From: Phaeosaccion multiseriatum
Lineage: Eukaryota > Protista > Ochrophyta, other classes
Reading direction: 5' to 3'
Assembly: GCA_965112735.1 (NCBI GenBank)
Contig: OZ218950.1
Coordinates: 6,448,001-6,512,000, forward strand
DNA: 64,000 nucleotides
Part shown: positions 45,800 through 59,100 of the stretch, in pieces
Layout of the letters: each line of letters starts with the position of its first letter
How positions within the stretch are numbered: the first letter of the stretch is position 1
The notes under the pieces: generated by a model
What the model was told of the DNA's origin: nothing
What the model saw: the letters and a program-made list of their open reading frames with translations, nothing else
The model's database searches: none
Translations under genes and position numbers: made by a program

Positions 45800-48373
45800 T
45801 CATGTGTCTTTCTTCTTTTTCTTTTTCTCTTCCTCCTCCTCTTCTCGTGCCTTCTCTTCTCTCATCTCCGCGTGGAATTTGCTCGCCTCTTGCACAAGGG
45901 CGTTGATGTACTCCTGCGGCAAGCAAGCAAGGGGATGCAGGGAGAGAGAGCTGCTAAGGACACATATCTGAGAAGAGAGGAGCAGCTTGCGAGGGGCCTT
46001 TGATACCCTCGCTCTCTCGCTTCGACAGGCGTGATGAAACCGTAACATGCGCCATCTGCCGGCCAGTAGAGGAGACGCGAGCTGTCATCTCGCCTTCATT
46101 CTTCAACCACCTCTCTCATCGGGCATCACACATTGATGCATCCATTCCGCGCCCCACGTCCCCCTCTTCTAAAGCCCGACTCGAGCCCATAACTGTCGTT
46201 CGGTTACCCCACCCTTTTAATGCCTGACCTGATCGTCTCCGGCGAATTGCGCTTCGAACTGCTCCCCTGCCTTGAAACCGTCATTGTTCCGAATGTCGGG
46301 GTTTGCACCGCTCTCCAACAGGTATTCCACGGTCTCGGAATTGCCCCAAAACGCGGCAGTCTGCAGGGGGGTATCGCCCTTTTTGCTGTGGGGGAGGGCA
46401 CGCATAGGTAGGGGAGAGGAAGGGAGGAGAAGGAGGAAGAGGAAGAGGAGGAGGTAGGGAGGGAGGGAGGGAAGGGTGAGGGAGGGAGGGAGGGAGGAAG
46501 GACGTGCAAGTCGAGTTGAGACAGGGAAGGGAAAATGGGACACAGCTCTGCGTGAAAGAAAGGAAGGAAGGGAGGGAGGGAGGGAGGGAGGGAGAGAGGG
46601 AGGCAGGTAGGAAGGGAGGACGGGAGGAAGGAAGCAAAAGAGGAAAGCTTCCACTCGGGCAGCGCTTACTTTTGTACGTCAAGGTCCGCGCCGCACCCCT
46701 CCACAAGCATCTTGACGAGCTCTGGAGAAGACAAAAGGGAGGCAAAGAGGAGGAGGAGGAGGAGGAGGAGGAGGAAAGGCTCGGCGTGAGGAAAGACAAA
46801 CGTATGATGTACACATGCCTACTTAACGCGCCTTGTGGGTCCAGGCCTCGCCTACCCACACCCTACCCAACCCCTCACCCACCCACCCGCCCACCCACCC
46901 GCCCACCCACCCGCCCACAACTCAAGGCTTCCCCTCACGGGTGGTCATTGCGCTTCCAACACCAACACCAACAGGAGGAAGAGGGAGTGCCTCTTGAGCT
47001 TGGAGGAGGGGCCATCTCACCTGTGTAGGCGTAGTAAGCAGCAAGGTGCAAGCTTGTCTCCTCGCCCCCCTGGGTGCTCTTGGAGTTAACGTCCACGCCC
47101 TGCTCGGTGACGAGGTAGACAATCATGTCTGAGAGATGGTTCTCTGAATAGGGGGAGGGGCGGGTCGGAGGGCAAAGAGGAGAAGGGTGAGGCAGAGCAG
47201 GGTGGGGGAAACGGAAGGAAAGGAAGGAGGAAAAAGAGACGAGAGGGAGAGAGAGAGGAGAGGAGAGCTACAGAGAGAGAGAGAAAGAGGGCACGGCTTT
47301 TTACGAATGGTTCGACGAGTGGTTCGGAGCCCCCGTGTCCCCCCTCATGTGCTGGTCAGAACCCGGCCCTGCTCCTTCCCCTTCCCCTTCCTCTTTCAGT
47401 GATGGGCCGCTCCCTCACACATGTAATATGTATTCATATCGATGGTACCTGTGGCAAGGAGGAGAGGCGTGTCACCGATGTCGTCGGTCACGCTGAGGTC
47501 CCCTCCTCGAGCGCAGTACTCCGCCACTGAGCGCGTAAGGAGGAACACACAGCAGTTGGTGATACGGCAGCGGTGGGGCAGTGGGGGTGAGGAGGGCAAC
47601 AACACATACATGCATCAGGGGAATGGGATTGGAAAGCTCAAATCTGATGCTTCCCCGTATGTCTTCGTTTGTTGTGGCCCCTCTCCACCCGTGTGGCTCT
47701 GTTCGTCTGTCTGTCTCACTCACTGACCTGCTTTCATGTCGTTATTGAGGACGGACGCGAAGATGTCAATGCCCACATCGCCCCCCTTGGGCTTATCCTT
47801 TGTGGTTGCCTCGTCGTCGCCGCTGATGTTGTCGCTCTTATCGTCATTGTTGTTCATGTGATACTGAGCGGGGAAGCCGATGGGGAAGTTGTCTTTTGCG
47901 TCTTTTGTCGCCGCCTTTGCCCTTGCCGCCGCTGCTCGAATGGTTGCTGCCTGGGCTGCCGCCTCTGCGGACTCTAACTCTGCGTCTACTAAATTCGCTT
48001 CTCTTGCTGCCTGTTCAGGTGTTGTTTCCTCGTTGTCCTCGTCTTCGTCGCTGGGTGGCACCAGACCAGGAATGTTAAACATCATCAGCGATGTTGTGAT
48101 CCCTCTCCTGCCCACCACATTCACGCTCCTTCGGCCAACGCTGGTGACACGCACCGCGGGGCCGTGGGCCTCTCTTCCGGCCGTGCATGCGGGGCAGGAA
48201 GGCTGGATCCAGTTGGAGCGAGTGCTACTGCTACCAATGAAGGAGAAGGAAAGTGCAGGAGGAAGGGCCAGCAGGAGCGCCGCCGCCACAGCGAGACAGC
48301 AGCTTGCGGCGCCACATAGACTCCTCCCGCTGAGGCTGCTGCTGACGCTGCCGCTGCGACCGATGCCTCGCAT
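45800..48373 (-). CDS. Probably plastid-targeted ankyrin-repeat protein (~5 exons)
   Basis: Signal peptide ending ALS-FSF. Ankyrin motifs DIGDTPLLLAT, GEETSLHLAAYY and GDTPLQTAAFWGNSETVEYLLESGANPDIRN. Lys-rich C-terminus. Confidence 0.85.
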
Positions 48374-48664
48374 AGCCGCTGCCTCAATGGTGATCCTATC
48401 CCCCGTACGTCTGGGGTGAAGGGTGCTCCGCCCCTCAGCCTCCTTCACGCTACGTTTCGTGCCCTTCCCCCGCCTCCTACTAGTGTGTCCGCTGAGCTGC
48501 CTCACTTGATTGATTGTCCAGGCCCTCCTCCGGTGTGTGGGGTGGTCTATTTCCTTAAGTGGAAGCAGGAAGCAGAGTGAGGAAGACCCAGGCAGCCATG
48601 CAGGCATACGGGCAGTATGATACGGCGGAAGGCCCTGCTCGACCCAAATCGGCTTTGGCTCGCC

Positions 48665-51600
48665 ATGGCAGCCCCGGCGGCCATGATGGACCTGACGGAG
48701 TGGACGGTGGGTACATCAAGGCCTTTGGTACCTGGCTGCTGCTTCGCTGGCCTCTCTCCGCCATACTGAACATATCTTTCCATCCATCTCTCTCCTCCCC
48801 ATCTTGATCTCAATCACCCCCCCCTCTGCTGTTCAGAATGTGCTCAACAGCGACGACGAAGACGTGCTCGTGAAGGGACTGCATCGCTTCGCCGCTCAAG
48901 TCAGGTTCGAGCACCGCGCTTTGCTGCACACGGGCGGAGAGCATGAGAGCACCAGTGGCAGTGGGCGCCGACGGCGTGCCGGACAACAGGACAGCGATCA
49001 TGGAGACGATCCCACTAGTGAGGACGGAGAAGAGGACCATGGCGAGGATGATATCAAGGGAGACTTCTCACCCATGCAGCTTGACGAAGACCAGGCCAGC
49101 GAAGAGGGAGAGGACGGGGAGGAGGAGGAGGAGGAGGAGGAGGAGGAGGCAGGGCCGGAAGAGGGCGGCGGCGCGGGAATCGACAGAGAAGTCGGAGGCC
49201 TACTTCGAGAGTACATTGAGGGCTCTCCGCAACTGCAGGAGATGTTCACTCTGTGGGATCTGGACATGAGAAAGGTGATATAGTTCGAGAGAGAGTGAGA
49301 AGAGAGAGAGAGCTCTTCCACCCGAGGGGTGGGGTTGGGTTGGCGTGGTAGTGAGCGCTGCGCGTGCTGAACCCGATACTATTTCGCGTGCAGAGTCACT
49401 CCTATTCTTTGTCTGTACGCTGCTCGTCTGATCTTATCCATCGTTCGCTTTGTCCCTTGGTCCGTCTGTGCATATTCACCCACCCACCCACCCACCCATC
49501 CACCCACCCACTCCCACAGGCTGTCCCAGCACTGCAAGCTGCCCACACTGACGCCTTCACCGCCATCGTCAGCTGTCTTCGGGCCGCGTCGACTGCGGCT
49601 TCTTATAGAAGAGACGCTGACGACACGCTCGAAGGTGGTGCTCAGGTGGAGGAGGAGGAGCAGGAGGAGGAGGAGAAGGAGAGGGAAGCTCTGGTGACCG
49701 CTCTGCTGATGAGCGTGTACCGTCGCATTGTCCGGGAGAAGATGTCGGACCTTCAAGGGCAGCTCTCCAGCGAGCACCAGGGAGTGGTGCTGGCCACGCT
49801 GGGTCTGCTCACGGAGGGGGCGAGGCTGCCCTATAAGTCAATGGGGAGGGAGCTGCTGGTGAGACTCAACTCTCTCACCGGATCGGTGTTTGCCAAGCTC
49901 GCTTCTGGGGGAAGATGGAAAACAAAAGGCAGCAACAGTGGCGGCACCACTAGTAGTGGAGCCAATCTTACACACGTCAACGGCGGAGGAGCAGAAGGAA
50001 GAGGAAAGAAGAGGAAGAGGAGAAGGCAGGATCAAGGGCAGCTCGGCACGCAACCAGAGGTCGCCAGCAACATGCATGGGGAGAGCGACGCCAGTAGTGG
50101 TGCCGTCGGGCAGACTCGACATGTGTTTCTAGTGTTCCTCTTGGCCTTCTTGCAGAGTGGCGATGTGGCTACACAGCTCCAAATGCTCTCTCCACCGCCC
50201 ACGAGAGCCTCCAATACACAGGGGAAGGGCGGCGGTGTGTGTGGGGGGGGAGGGAGGAGGAAGAGGAGGAGGAGGCGGCGGCGGCGGTGGAAGCATTCTC
50301 GCCAACCTCCTCTTCAGAGTGAGTCTCAACGAAGATGAGCCGAGGACCGTGGAGCTCGTACTGTCTTGTCTTCACCGCCACGTGCTGCTGAATCGCCGCT
50401 TGCCGAGGCGTGTGAAGGTGCTTTTGTTCTGCAGGGGGAAGATGCTTACGCAGCTGCGAGGTTTGTACGACATGGTCGCAAGTGACCAACACCAGGATGC
50501 CGCAGAAGGAGTCGCAGAAGGGGAAGAGGAGGCGGAAGACGATGGAGGACAAGGAGACAGCGGGGGCGGAGAGGAAGGAGAGGGAGGAGGAGGAGGAGGA
50601 GGAGCAGGAGGAGGGCAGGCGGTGACGACGAAGGAGCAAGTCATACACCGGTGCTTGCATCCTCTCCTCACCAATGTGGTCCTGCTGCTCACGCAGGTCC
50701 TGTCCTCCCCAAGCCGCAGCTCCTCGCTGCTACTCTCAGATACGGAGGAGGAGAGGCGTGAGCAGCAAGATGCGTCCTCGGCAGTGGGCAGCGATGTGCA
50801 GACTGTGGCTCGCTCCGCCCTGAGCCGCCTGTTGGCGCTGCTCGCCGGGCACCGTGACCTCCGCCAGCGGGAGTTGGCTTTCCTCGTGCTCGATCGGTGC
50901 CCCTTCATGGTGACCACTTTCTTGCGCTCGGCCTTCAATGAGTCATCTCTGGAGCCGAAGCCCACCCTCCGAGGTCTGCGAACGCTCACCTACCTTACTC
51001 TCGTGTTGGACAGAGCTCCTCTCCCTGACGAGACATGCGCTCTCTTCTCCAAGGCTGCTGCCGAGGGAGGAAAGGCCAAAGTGCCGAGTTCGGAGAAGCT
51101 GCTCGGTGCTCTTCTCCCCCCCGCGCTGTCCAAGAGGGACCTCACGAAGGGTGTGCTGCACGGTGATGTGATGGTGAAGCTCGCTAGTCTGAGCATCATT
51201 GCAAGCGCATTGGCCCGCTGTGAGCGGGTCATACAGGGCTCGCTACCGCCACCACCATCGTCCCAAAGCGAGGGGGGGGTCCTTGTTGAAGGGCGAGGAG
51301 GAGGAAGGGGAGGAAGAGGAGGAGGAGGGGGTAAGGGAGGGGCGAGGAATAGACGTCCGGAGCCTGTGATGGAAGCCTTACAGGAGGCCCTCAGGTCGAG
51401 GCTGCCGGAAGTGCAGACTTTGCTTTCTTTACGGACCAAGGCCTCTCCGGCGAAAGGCGAGAGGAAGCAGACTGACACCGAACAACAACAACAAGCAGGA
51501 GAGGGACAAGGTCAGGGACAGATGGCCCAAATGGAGCGGAGGAGGAAGAAGAGTCGTCGGGAAGAAGGGGGGGAGGGCACGGAGGAGAAGGAGAAGGAGA

Positions 51601-52210
51601 CCAAAAGTGTCGAGATGGACACTGAAACGCAGGAGGAGCGGGAGAAGGAGGGGACAGAAGCAGGGGTAGGGGCAGAGGAGGCAGAGACAGACGCGAATGA
51701 CTTGTCGGTGCTGCTGCAGAGCAGGCTCCTGACGGTTCTTCGGCTGTTCCAGACCATCGTACCCTCTGCCGTCACCGCAGCCCACTTCGAGATGTTGAAG
51801 GTGCTGCCTCCGTCCACTGCCCAGCTGCTGGCCTTGCCTCCCGTACTCCAACTGGATCTCATTACTCTGCTCATGGAGGCCGAGCGATGGAGGGGGGAGG
51901 GTAACCAACAGCACTGGACCGCCAGCAGTGGGGGCGGAGGAGGAGGAGGAGGAGGAGGAGGCGGAGGAGGCGGAGGAGGGGACAAGGGGGGAGCGGGCTG
52001 CTCGGCGCTGGAACTGGTCCTGCAGGTGAGGCCGCGGTATGGTGCAGTGCGTTCGGGCGATGCAAGTAGAACCAACCCATGGCTCTACCCACCTGCCTAC
52101 CATACCCCTGTGCCTGTCTTTAGTCTGTCTGTTTAGTCTGCCTGTTTGTCCGTCCATCTGTCTGCATGTCTGTATGTCTGCCTGTCCGTATGTCTGTCTG
52201 CCTGTCTGCC

Positions 52211-52260
<50 letters not shown>

Positions 52261-52316
52261 CATGTCTGTCAGTCTGTCAGTCTGTCTGTCTGCATGTCTA
52301 TCTGTCTGTCTGTCTA

Positions 52317-52371
<55 letters not shown>

Positions 52372-52481
52372 GATGTCTTGCCTGTCTGTCTGTCTGTCCG
52401 TCAGTCTGTCTGTCTGTCTGTCTGTCTGCCTGCCTGTCTGCTGTCCATCTCACTGTCTGATGTCTTGTCTGTATGTATGTG

Positions 52482-52526
<45 letters not shown>

Positions 52527-53089
52527 GCCGACCTGTCTATCTGTCCATCTACCAATCCGTCTATATGTCTGTCTGCCTGCCTTTCTGTCTGCCTCGTATG
52601 CCTGCCTGCTGGAGTGAAGGACACATGCGTTACCTACCGGAGCTTGCTGCGTGTATGCAATCCTTCTCCCCTGCCCATGCATACCCCAGACCTAGTCTTA
52701 CTACCTCTCTTCTCTCCATTCCCCTCCCCACGCTTCCAAGCCTCAGCCCGCTCAACACCGCCTCCCCCCCCCCCCCTCCTCCGGTTCTCCTCTTCCTGTG
52801 CCTCAATACAACGCACACACACGCACACATACACAATTCAGTTGATGGTGCATGCCCCAAGCCCGCGCGTACGCACCGCTTGTCGAGCGCTCGCGGTGAC
52901 TGCCCTGACCAAGATCTGCGTGACGTACGTGGGTCGGCAGGGAGGGGGAGGAGGAGGGGCATCGGAGCAGGAGGCACTTATCTGGGTGGACTGTGTAACG
53001 GCAGACACCGTTCCCTGCATCGTCACGCTGGCGGAAGCAGCGACACACGACCCTTTCGCTTACTGGCAGCAAGCCTTGTCTGCTCCTCC

Positions 53090-53146
<57 letters not shown>

Positions 53147-56100
53147 TTCTTCTCCGGCTGCTGCTAGCGGTGGCGGTGGTGTGTGGGAGGCGAGTCCTGT
53201 GTTGCTCTGTGGAGTGTTTAGCATCGCTCCTCGCGCTGGGGACATGCCCCGCCTTACCGCGCAGAGTCGGAGCAGAGGGCGCGCCGCGGGGGGAGGGGGG
53301 TGGTTTCCGACACGGGGTGGGGGTGGGGGTGGGGAGGAAGGAGAGAAGGGGGACGGAGACAACTTAATGTCCGATCTAGTGATGAGTGTGGCCCTCCGAG
53401 TGATGCAGCAGCATGATAATCCGGCGGCGTTGGGCCGTCTCCTCTTGGACAGGTGTGAGTGTGACAACGTTGTTGGGCTTCACGGCGAGCAACAACAACA
53501 ACAACAACAAGGCGAAACGGGAGGGAAAGGAGGAGGGAGGGGTGGGGAGGATGGGGACAAGACAGGACTTTCCTCGGGGCAGCTTCAGCCCCTGCCACCG
53601 CTGCTGTCGCGGGAGAAGGCTATAGAGGCGGCCCGACTTTTGCGCAATCTCCTCGTTCGACAGACCCCTTGTGTGGCTCTGCGGCAGCAGGTGGAGCTCA
53701 TCGCTGCCGCGGATCGGAAGGGTGAGAAGGGTGCGAAGAAGGACAAGAAGAAGAAGAAGAAGAACAACAACAACAAGCAAATGGGGGAAAGCCAACAGGG
53801 AGTGGAGGAGATGGGTCATGCAGAGACAAGCCTGTGCTTGCTGCGACCAGAGGTGACTCTGGAGGAGCTAAGCAAGAGAGGTGCCGAGGTAGCAAGCGCC
53901 TTGGAGAGACATAGGGGCTCGCTCAATCTCTTCGCTCTCCCGCAGGTGCGGAGTCGAAGACGTGGTCAGACGTTTCACAGCAGCACCAGCAGCAATGGCG
54001 GTAGTGGTGGGTTTCTTGGTGACTTACTGCGGGCTTTGCCCTTTAATCTGGTGCTCGAGCAGTCTCTCTTGCTCCTCCCTCCACTTGATGATGCTCAAAG
54101 CGATGGGGACGAGGATGAGGACGAGAAGGAGGCCGGTGAGAGAGACAGTGAGAGAGGCCGCTCCTTCCGGTGCGCCCTGGCGGACGAGGATGTATCAGAG
54201 GCTCTTGCGGAGTGTCTGCGGAGGGTGGCGGAGTGCGGAGAAGGAGGAGGAGGGGGAGGGGAAGCACTCGGGGAAGAGCGGTTGGGCGAGAGCGAGAGCG
54301 AGGAAGCGGTGATTATAGAGGGTGGGGTAAGGGATGGTGACGGCAGCTGGAGAATTCGGCAAGCTTGTCGGCAGGTGGCAGGACATCTCCACCTCGCTTG
54401 CGATAGACTGGCTCGGCGAGGGAGGAAGCCAGATCAGGGTGTCGGGGACGAGGAGCAGGAGCAGCAGCAGGAGGAGGAGGAGAAGGGGCGGGGGGCGAAC
54501 GGGGAGGAAAGCTTGAGAGGTCTGTTTGCAGCGGGTCTAAGCTTCCTGAGGCGGCTTGTATTAGCCGAAGAGAGCGAAAGGGGTGATCAGGGAGGAGGAG
54601 GAGGAGGAAGAGGAGGAGGAGGAGGAGGAGGAGGAGGAGGAGGAGGAGGAGGAGGAGGAGGAAGAGGAGGAGGAGGGGCGAGCCTGGCTCTAGCGGCGGT
54701 AATGTCTGATGAGTTTTTAGTGAGCGTAGCTTGCCAGAGCTCTGTGGCACAGCGGGGCGCGGGAGGGAGTGAGGCCACCTTAGAAAGAGAGACAAGAGGC
54801 GGAGGAGGCCAAGAGGGCAGCAGCAGTGGAGCTGTGGCCCCTGTCCATGCTTCGCTAGTGCCGAGGCGAGTAGCTTTGGCCGCAATGGCAGCGATGGTGC
54901 ACTCTTGTAGACTCGACGCTGGAGCTGGAGGAGGGCAATCGGCGGTGCTGAGGAGCTTTCTGCATAGGTTTATAGGGGTGGTGCTGGAGGCGGTAACTGC
55001 AGCGGGAGGAGGAGCAGAAGGAGGAAAAAGTAGCAAGGCAGAGGGCCTGAAGGAGCTAGAGGCGTTGGGGGGAGCGCTGCTTCTCTGCTGGCAGCGCTGC
55101 CCCCCAATTCTGCAGCGCCAAGTCGTCCGCGCTTTGCTGCATCTGCTGGCTCGAACCGGCAGCAGGACTAACGATAGGAACAGCACCAGCAGCAGTCGAG
55201 CCGCGTCGCTGCCAATGTCCAGTGACGACGCTCCCACGAAAGCCTTTTCTGTGCGCTCACTACTCGAGCGGCTGCTGGCGTCAGAGTCTGCGGGAGCGGG
55301 AGGAGGAGCAGGAGCAAGGTCAATGTCAAGCAGGTCAAGCAGCGCAACTGTGCAGGGCTCTTCGCTGCTCTTGTCGGTGGTGGTGTTGAGGAGGCTGGTG
55401 CAGCTTCAAGTCCACGCCCCTTCGGAAAGCATGGGGAGCCTCGTGAGTGCCGCGCTGATGCAGGGAACGGAGGAAGGAGGAAGGGGAGGCAAAGGCGGGG
55501 GAGGAGGGAGTGGGGTGGTGGCCCTCACTACGAACGAGGCCTTCTTCGGGCAGGCCTTTGGGTCTCTTTTGAGTCATACAAGGACCACCGATGCGCCCCA
55601 CGACAAGGCAGTCTCCTCCGGAGCTCGAGCAAGAAGGCGTGGCGGTGGCTCAGTCTCTTCTGCTGCAGTTGTCTCCTCAGCAGTCTCTTCTACCGTCACA
55701 GGGGTGGAGCAGGCAGAGGCAAGTCGATTGGTGGCGGTTCTCGTGCGGTGCCATCCCTCGATGCACGGGGCTCTGTTTGCTCGTGCGGCCGCTGATCTGT
55801 ACGTGGAGTTGCCCAGCAGCAGCGACGTGGATGGCAGCAGACGTGTGCCGCAAGCGGCGTTAAAGGCGGTGCTCATGACGGCTCCAGCTCTGGCTGCTCT
55901 GCTGGAAACGGAGCACCAAACGATGGATGGAGACGGACCAGGCGACGGAGGCGAGCAAGGAGAGCGGGTGCCTTCTTCTTGTCTCGCGGCTCTATATCCT
56001 CAGCTACTGGGTCGGGCTGATGGACTCGCCGCACGGTGTATCCTGCCGCTGTTCTGGGCCCTAGTCGGAGGAGGAGAGCACGAGGAGGAGGAGGGTGGCG

Positions 56101-59100
56101 GGCGAGGATCGTTCATGAGGGGTGTAACGTGGACCGGACTGCTTCCGTCCCTGCAGAGGGCCTTGTCGCTCTTGTTGAAACACTTTGGTGGTGCATCAAC
56201 ACGAGGTGATGAGGATTTGTTCCCCGAAAGCGTCGCGGCATCAGCATTCCGGCAGTCTATGACCCTGCTGGCCGGCGAAGTTGCCGGAGGAGGGAGCGGA
56301 GGAGGAGGAGGAGGTGGAGGGAAAGGAAGGGGCGGCAAGGAAGAGAGGGCAAGGTTTTGGACGCTTTTGCCGCTAAGGCTGGAGGTGCAGACCCTTATGC
56401 TGCAGCACAGTGGCGTACGGCGGTTGGCCCACAGAGCTTCGGCAAGCGGTGGCACGAGGGAAGGGATAGCACATGTGCATAGGAAGGAGAGCAAGAAGAG
56501 CAGCAATAGCAACAGAGACGATGCAGCGGCCGAACTCCTTCGCCTCCATTGGACGTCCTGCACGCGCCTGAGCGTCACAGTCATGCGGGCAGCCTCCAAA
56601 GCTCTCGCGGCCACCACGGCGCACCAGTCAACAGCAGAGGAGGAGGAGGAGGAGGACGAGGGAGAGCAGGACGAGGCGGAGGCTCGACATAAGTCCCAGC
56701 GAGCTATAGCCGAGGCTTTGGGTCGTGCCTGTCGGACTTTGCTGTCGGTAGTGGCCGGTGGGGCGGCTCGGCAGCTGCAGCTTGTGTGCAGCAGTAGTGG
56801 TGGTGGGAAAGAGAATTACCATGGCCTCCTCGGTAAGAGTGAGAGCGCGAGTGCGAGTGAGGGAGGGGTCGTCGATGCGTCTGATCTGAATGCGTTCTTC
56901 ATGTCTGCCGTCAAGTACCAGTTGGACAGTGCGGAGGCGTTGAGGGCTGTGGTGGAGGTGGCCAGAGTCGTGTACAACAGAGGAGGAGAGGAGGAGGAGG
57001 AGGAGGAAGGAGAAGAAGAAGAATCGGAGGAGGAGGGAGGAGGAGGAGGCACGGGACGACGGACCAACAGCAGCAGCAGCCTTTTGAGCGGACTCTTGTC
57101 GGCGCGAGAGCTGCACAGTAGAGTGGTCAGTCACTCGAAGTTCGCCACCGTCCTGTATGGCGTAAGAGCCGCAGCTGTGCCTGGCGGTAGGGGCAGCAGC
57201 AGTAGCAGCCATAAGGGTGGCAGCAATCAGCGCTCCGGCGCGTCTCTGCCTCTACCTGTGGACATGGAGGGAACTGCCAACACGAGCAACAGCAACAGCA
57301 CTGTGAGCAGTGCGTCCGATACCGGAACGATGCTCTTACAAGTCCTCTTGGTGCTTACGTCCGCCGACACAAAGAACATCGCCTTGGACGTCCGGAGTGG
57401 AGCAGCTGCTGCTCGGGCGGTGGGGGAGGGGGCAGCTCCCACCAACGGCGAGGAAGAGGGCGGTGGCAGTGGTGGGGGTCTACTCAGAGTACTGCTGGGC
57501 GCGTATGGAGCCTGTCTGACGGTTTCAGACCGCATTATTTGCCGTCTGCTGTTTCTCTACGAGCGGCGTGGAGGTCTGCAAGTACCACCTAGTCTATGTC
57601 AATGGGGAGCCAAAGCCCTGCCGTCCACTGCTGCGGCCAGCGTCGCCGCCGCTGCTGCCTCCGTGAAGGTGGACGCGTCAAGGAGGGCGGCGGAAGAAGG
57701 TCGGGGTCAGGGTGAAGGTGAGGGTGGGAAGAGTGCCCCTTTGTTGGAAGGGCTGGATGGAGGGTGGGAGTCCGTGTTGGAGTGCTTGAAGCCGCAGCTC
57801 GTGAAACGCTCGATTGAAGCGTTTCCGATTCGGCGCGGTGTCACGCCGGAGAGGCTGCCCTGGGAGGTGGGGGTGTCGGTGGAGGCGGGGGACGGGAAAA
57901 CCATTGACGCAGTTCCGTCTGAGGAGGAAGATAGTGACGAGGAGGAGGAGGGAGATGAGGACGAGGAGGAGGATACATCCGAGAGTGAGGACAATAGCGA
58001 GGACGATAGTGATGGCGGAGGAGGGCGAAGCAGGAGGGGTAAGTCCCAGAGTGAGACCGGAGAAGGAGAAGAAGATGAAGACGAAAACGTGCCAGAGAAC
58101 GGCAGGCAATCGCACAGGAAGGCCGACGGCGGAGACAGGCATGTGGAGACAACAACGTGGTGGGGCTCGCGCAGTACCGGCGACTCCATGCAGCAGCAGC
58201 AGCAGCAGTTGGTATTACAGCAGCAGCAGGCGGAGTTGTCTGGTGTGTTCGATAGTGGCAGTGGCAGTGGCAGTAGCAGTTACTGTGGAAGTTTCGGTGA
58301 TGCTGCGGCCGGGGTAGGGGCCTATGACCCCGCTTTCTTGCTGCCCCTACTCGACCACCTGTTGCGCTCCACAGCCATGCCTGTGAGGCGCTTCTGCCAG
58401 GAAGGGCTGCTGGGCTACTCTCTCATGGCCACATCCAGTGTGGACACGGGCACGAGGACGTTGGCTTACTCCATCCTGCAACAGGTATACGGGTATGCGG
58501 GGGTGTACGGGCAAGAAGAAGAGAGGAAGATTTGTGTATTTGTTTGTTCGTTTTGTTTGTTTGTTTGTTTGTTTGTTTGTTCGTTTTGTTTGTTTTTTGT
58601 TTGTTTGCTTGTGTGTTTGTTTCGGGGGTGGTTTGTGTACATGCGCATGTCTTGCACGGGTGGGTGGGCACACAGTGAGTGACACTTTGCTGACGCGTCC
58701 CCACCATCTCGTCCTCGCACCTCTCTTCTTTCCACCCAACCCCAAACGCAACCATACCATAAGGCAATGGGCATGTTGCATCTCCACGAAAAGGCACAGG
58801 AGGGAAGCGACGCACGCAGGCGGCCTTTTGCTCAACAGAGAGGCGGAAAGGCCAACAACAAGGGCAAGTTCTACGAGCTTCCGCAGCTGCTCCTCCTCCT
58901 CCGCTTCGTTCGGGACGGCATCACCGAGCCCCTGCAGCGGTTACCCTGTGCCGTGGCCCTGACCCTCGCCCGAGCATCAGAGATTCTCTGCGCCGACGCT
59001 GCAGCAGACATGTACCCCCTCATCAACCACTTTCTGCTTCAGCGGCCCTTTCTCGACCCGACCAGTCTCCCCCTCTTCACCTCCCTCTTTACGGGAGTGA

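Noticed and set aside
52039-52840. SVCL-repeat ORFs and the N-terminus of the 2069-aa ORF
   Set aside because: Translation of an intronic (TCTG)n tract; the real exon starts at ~52842.
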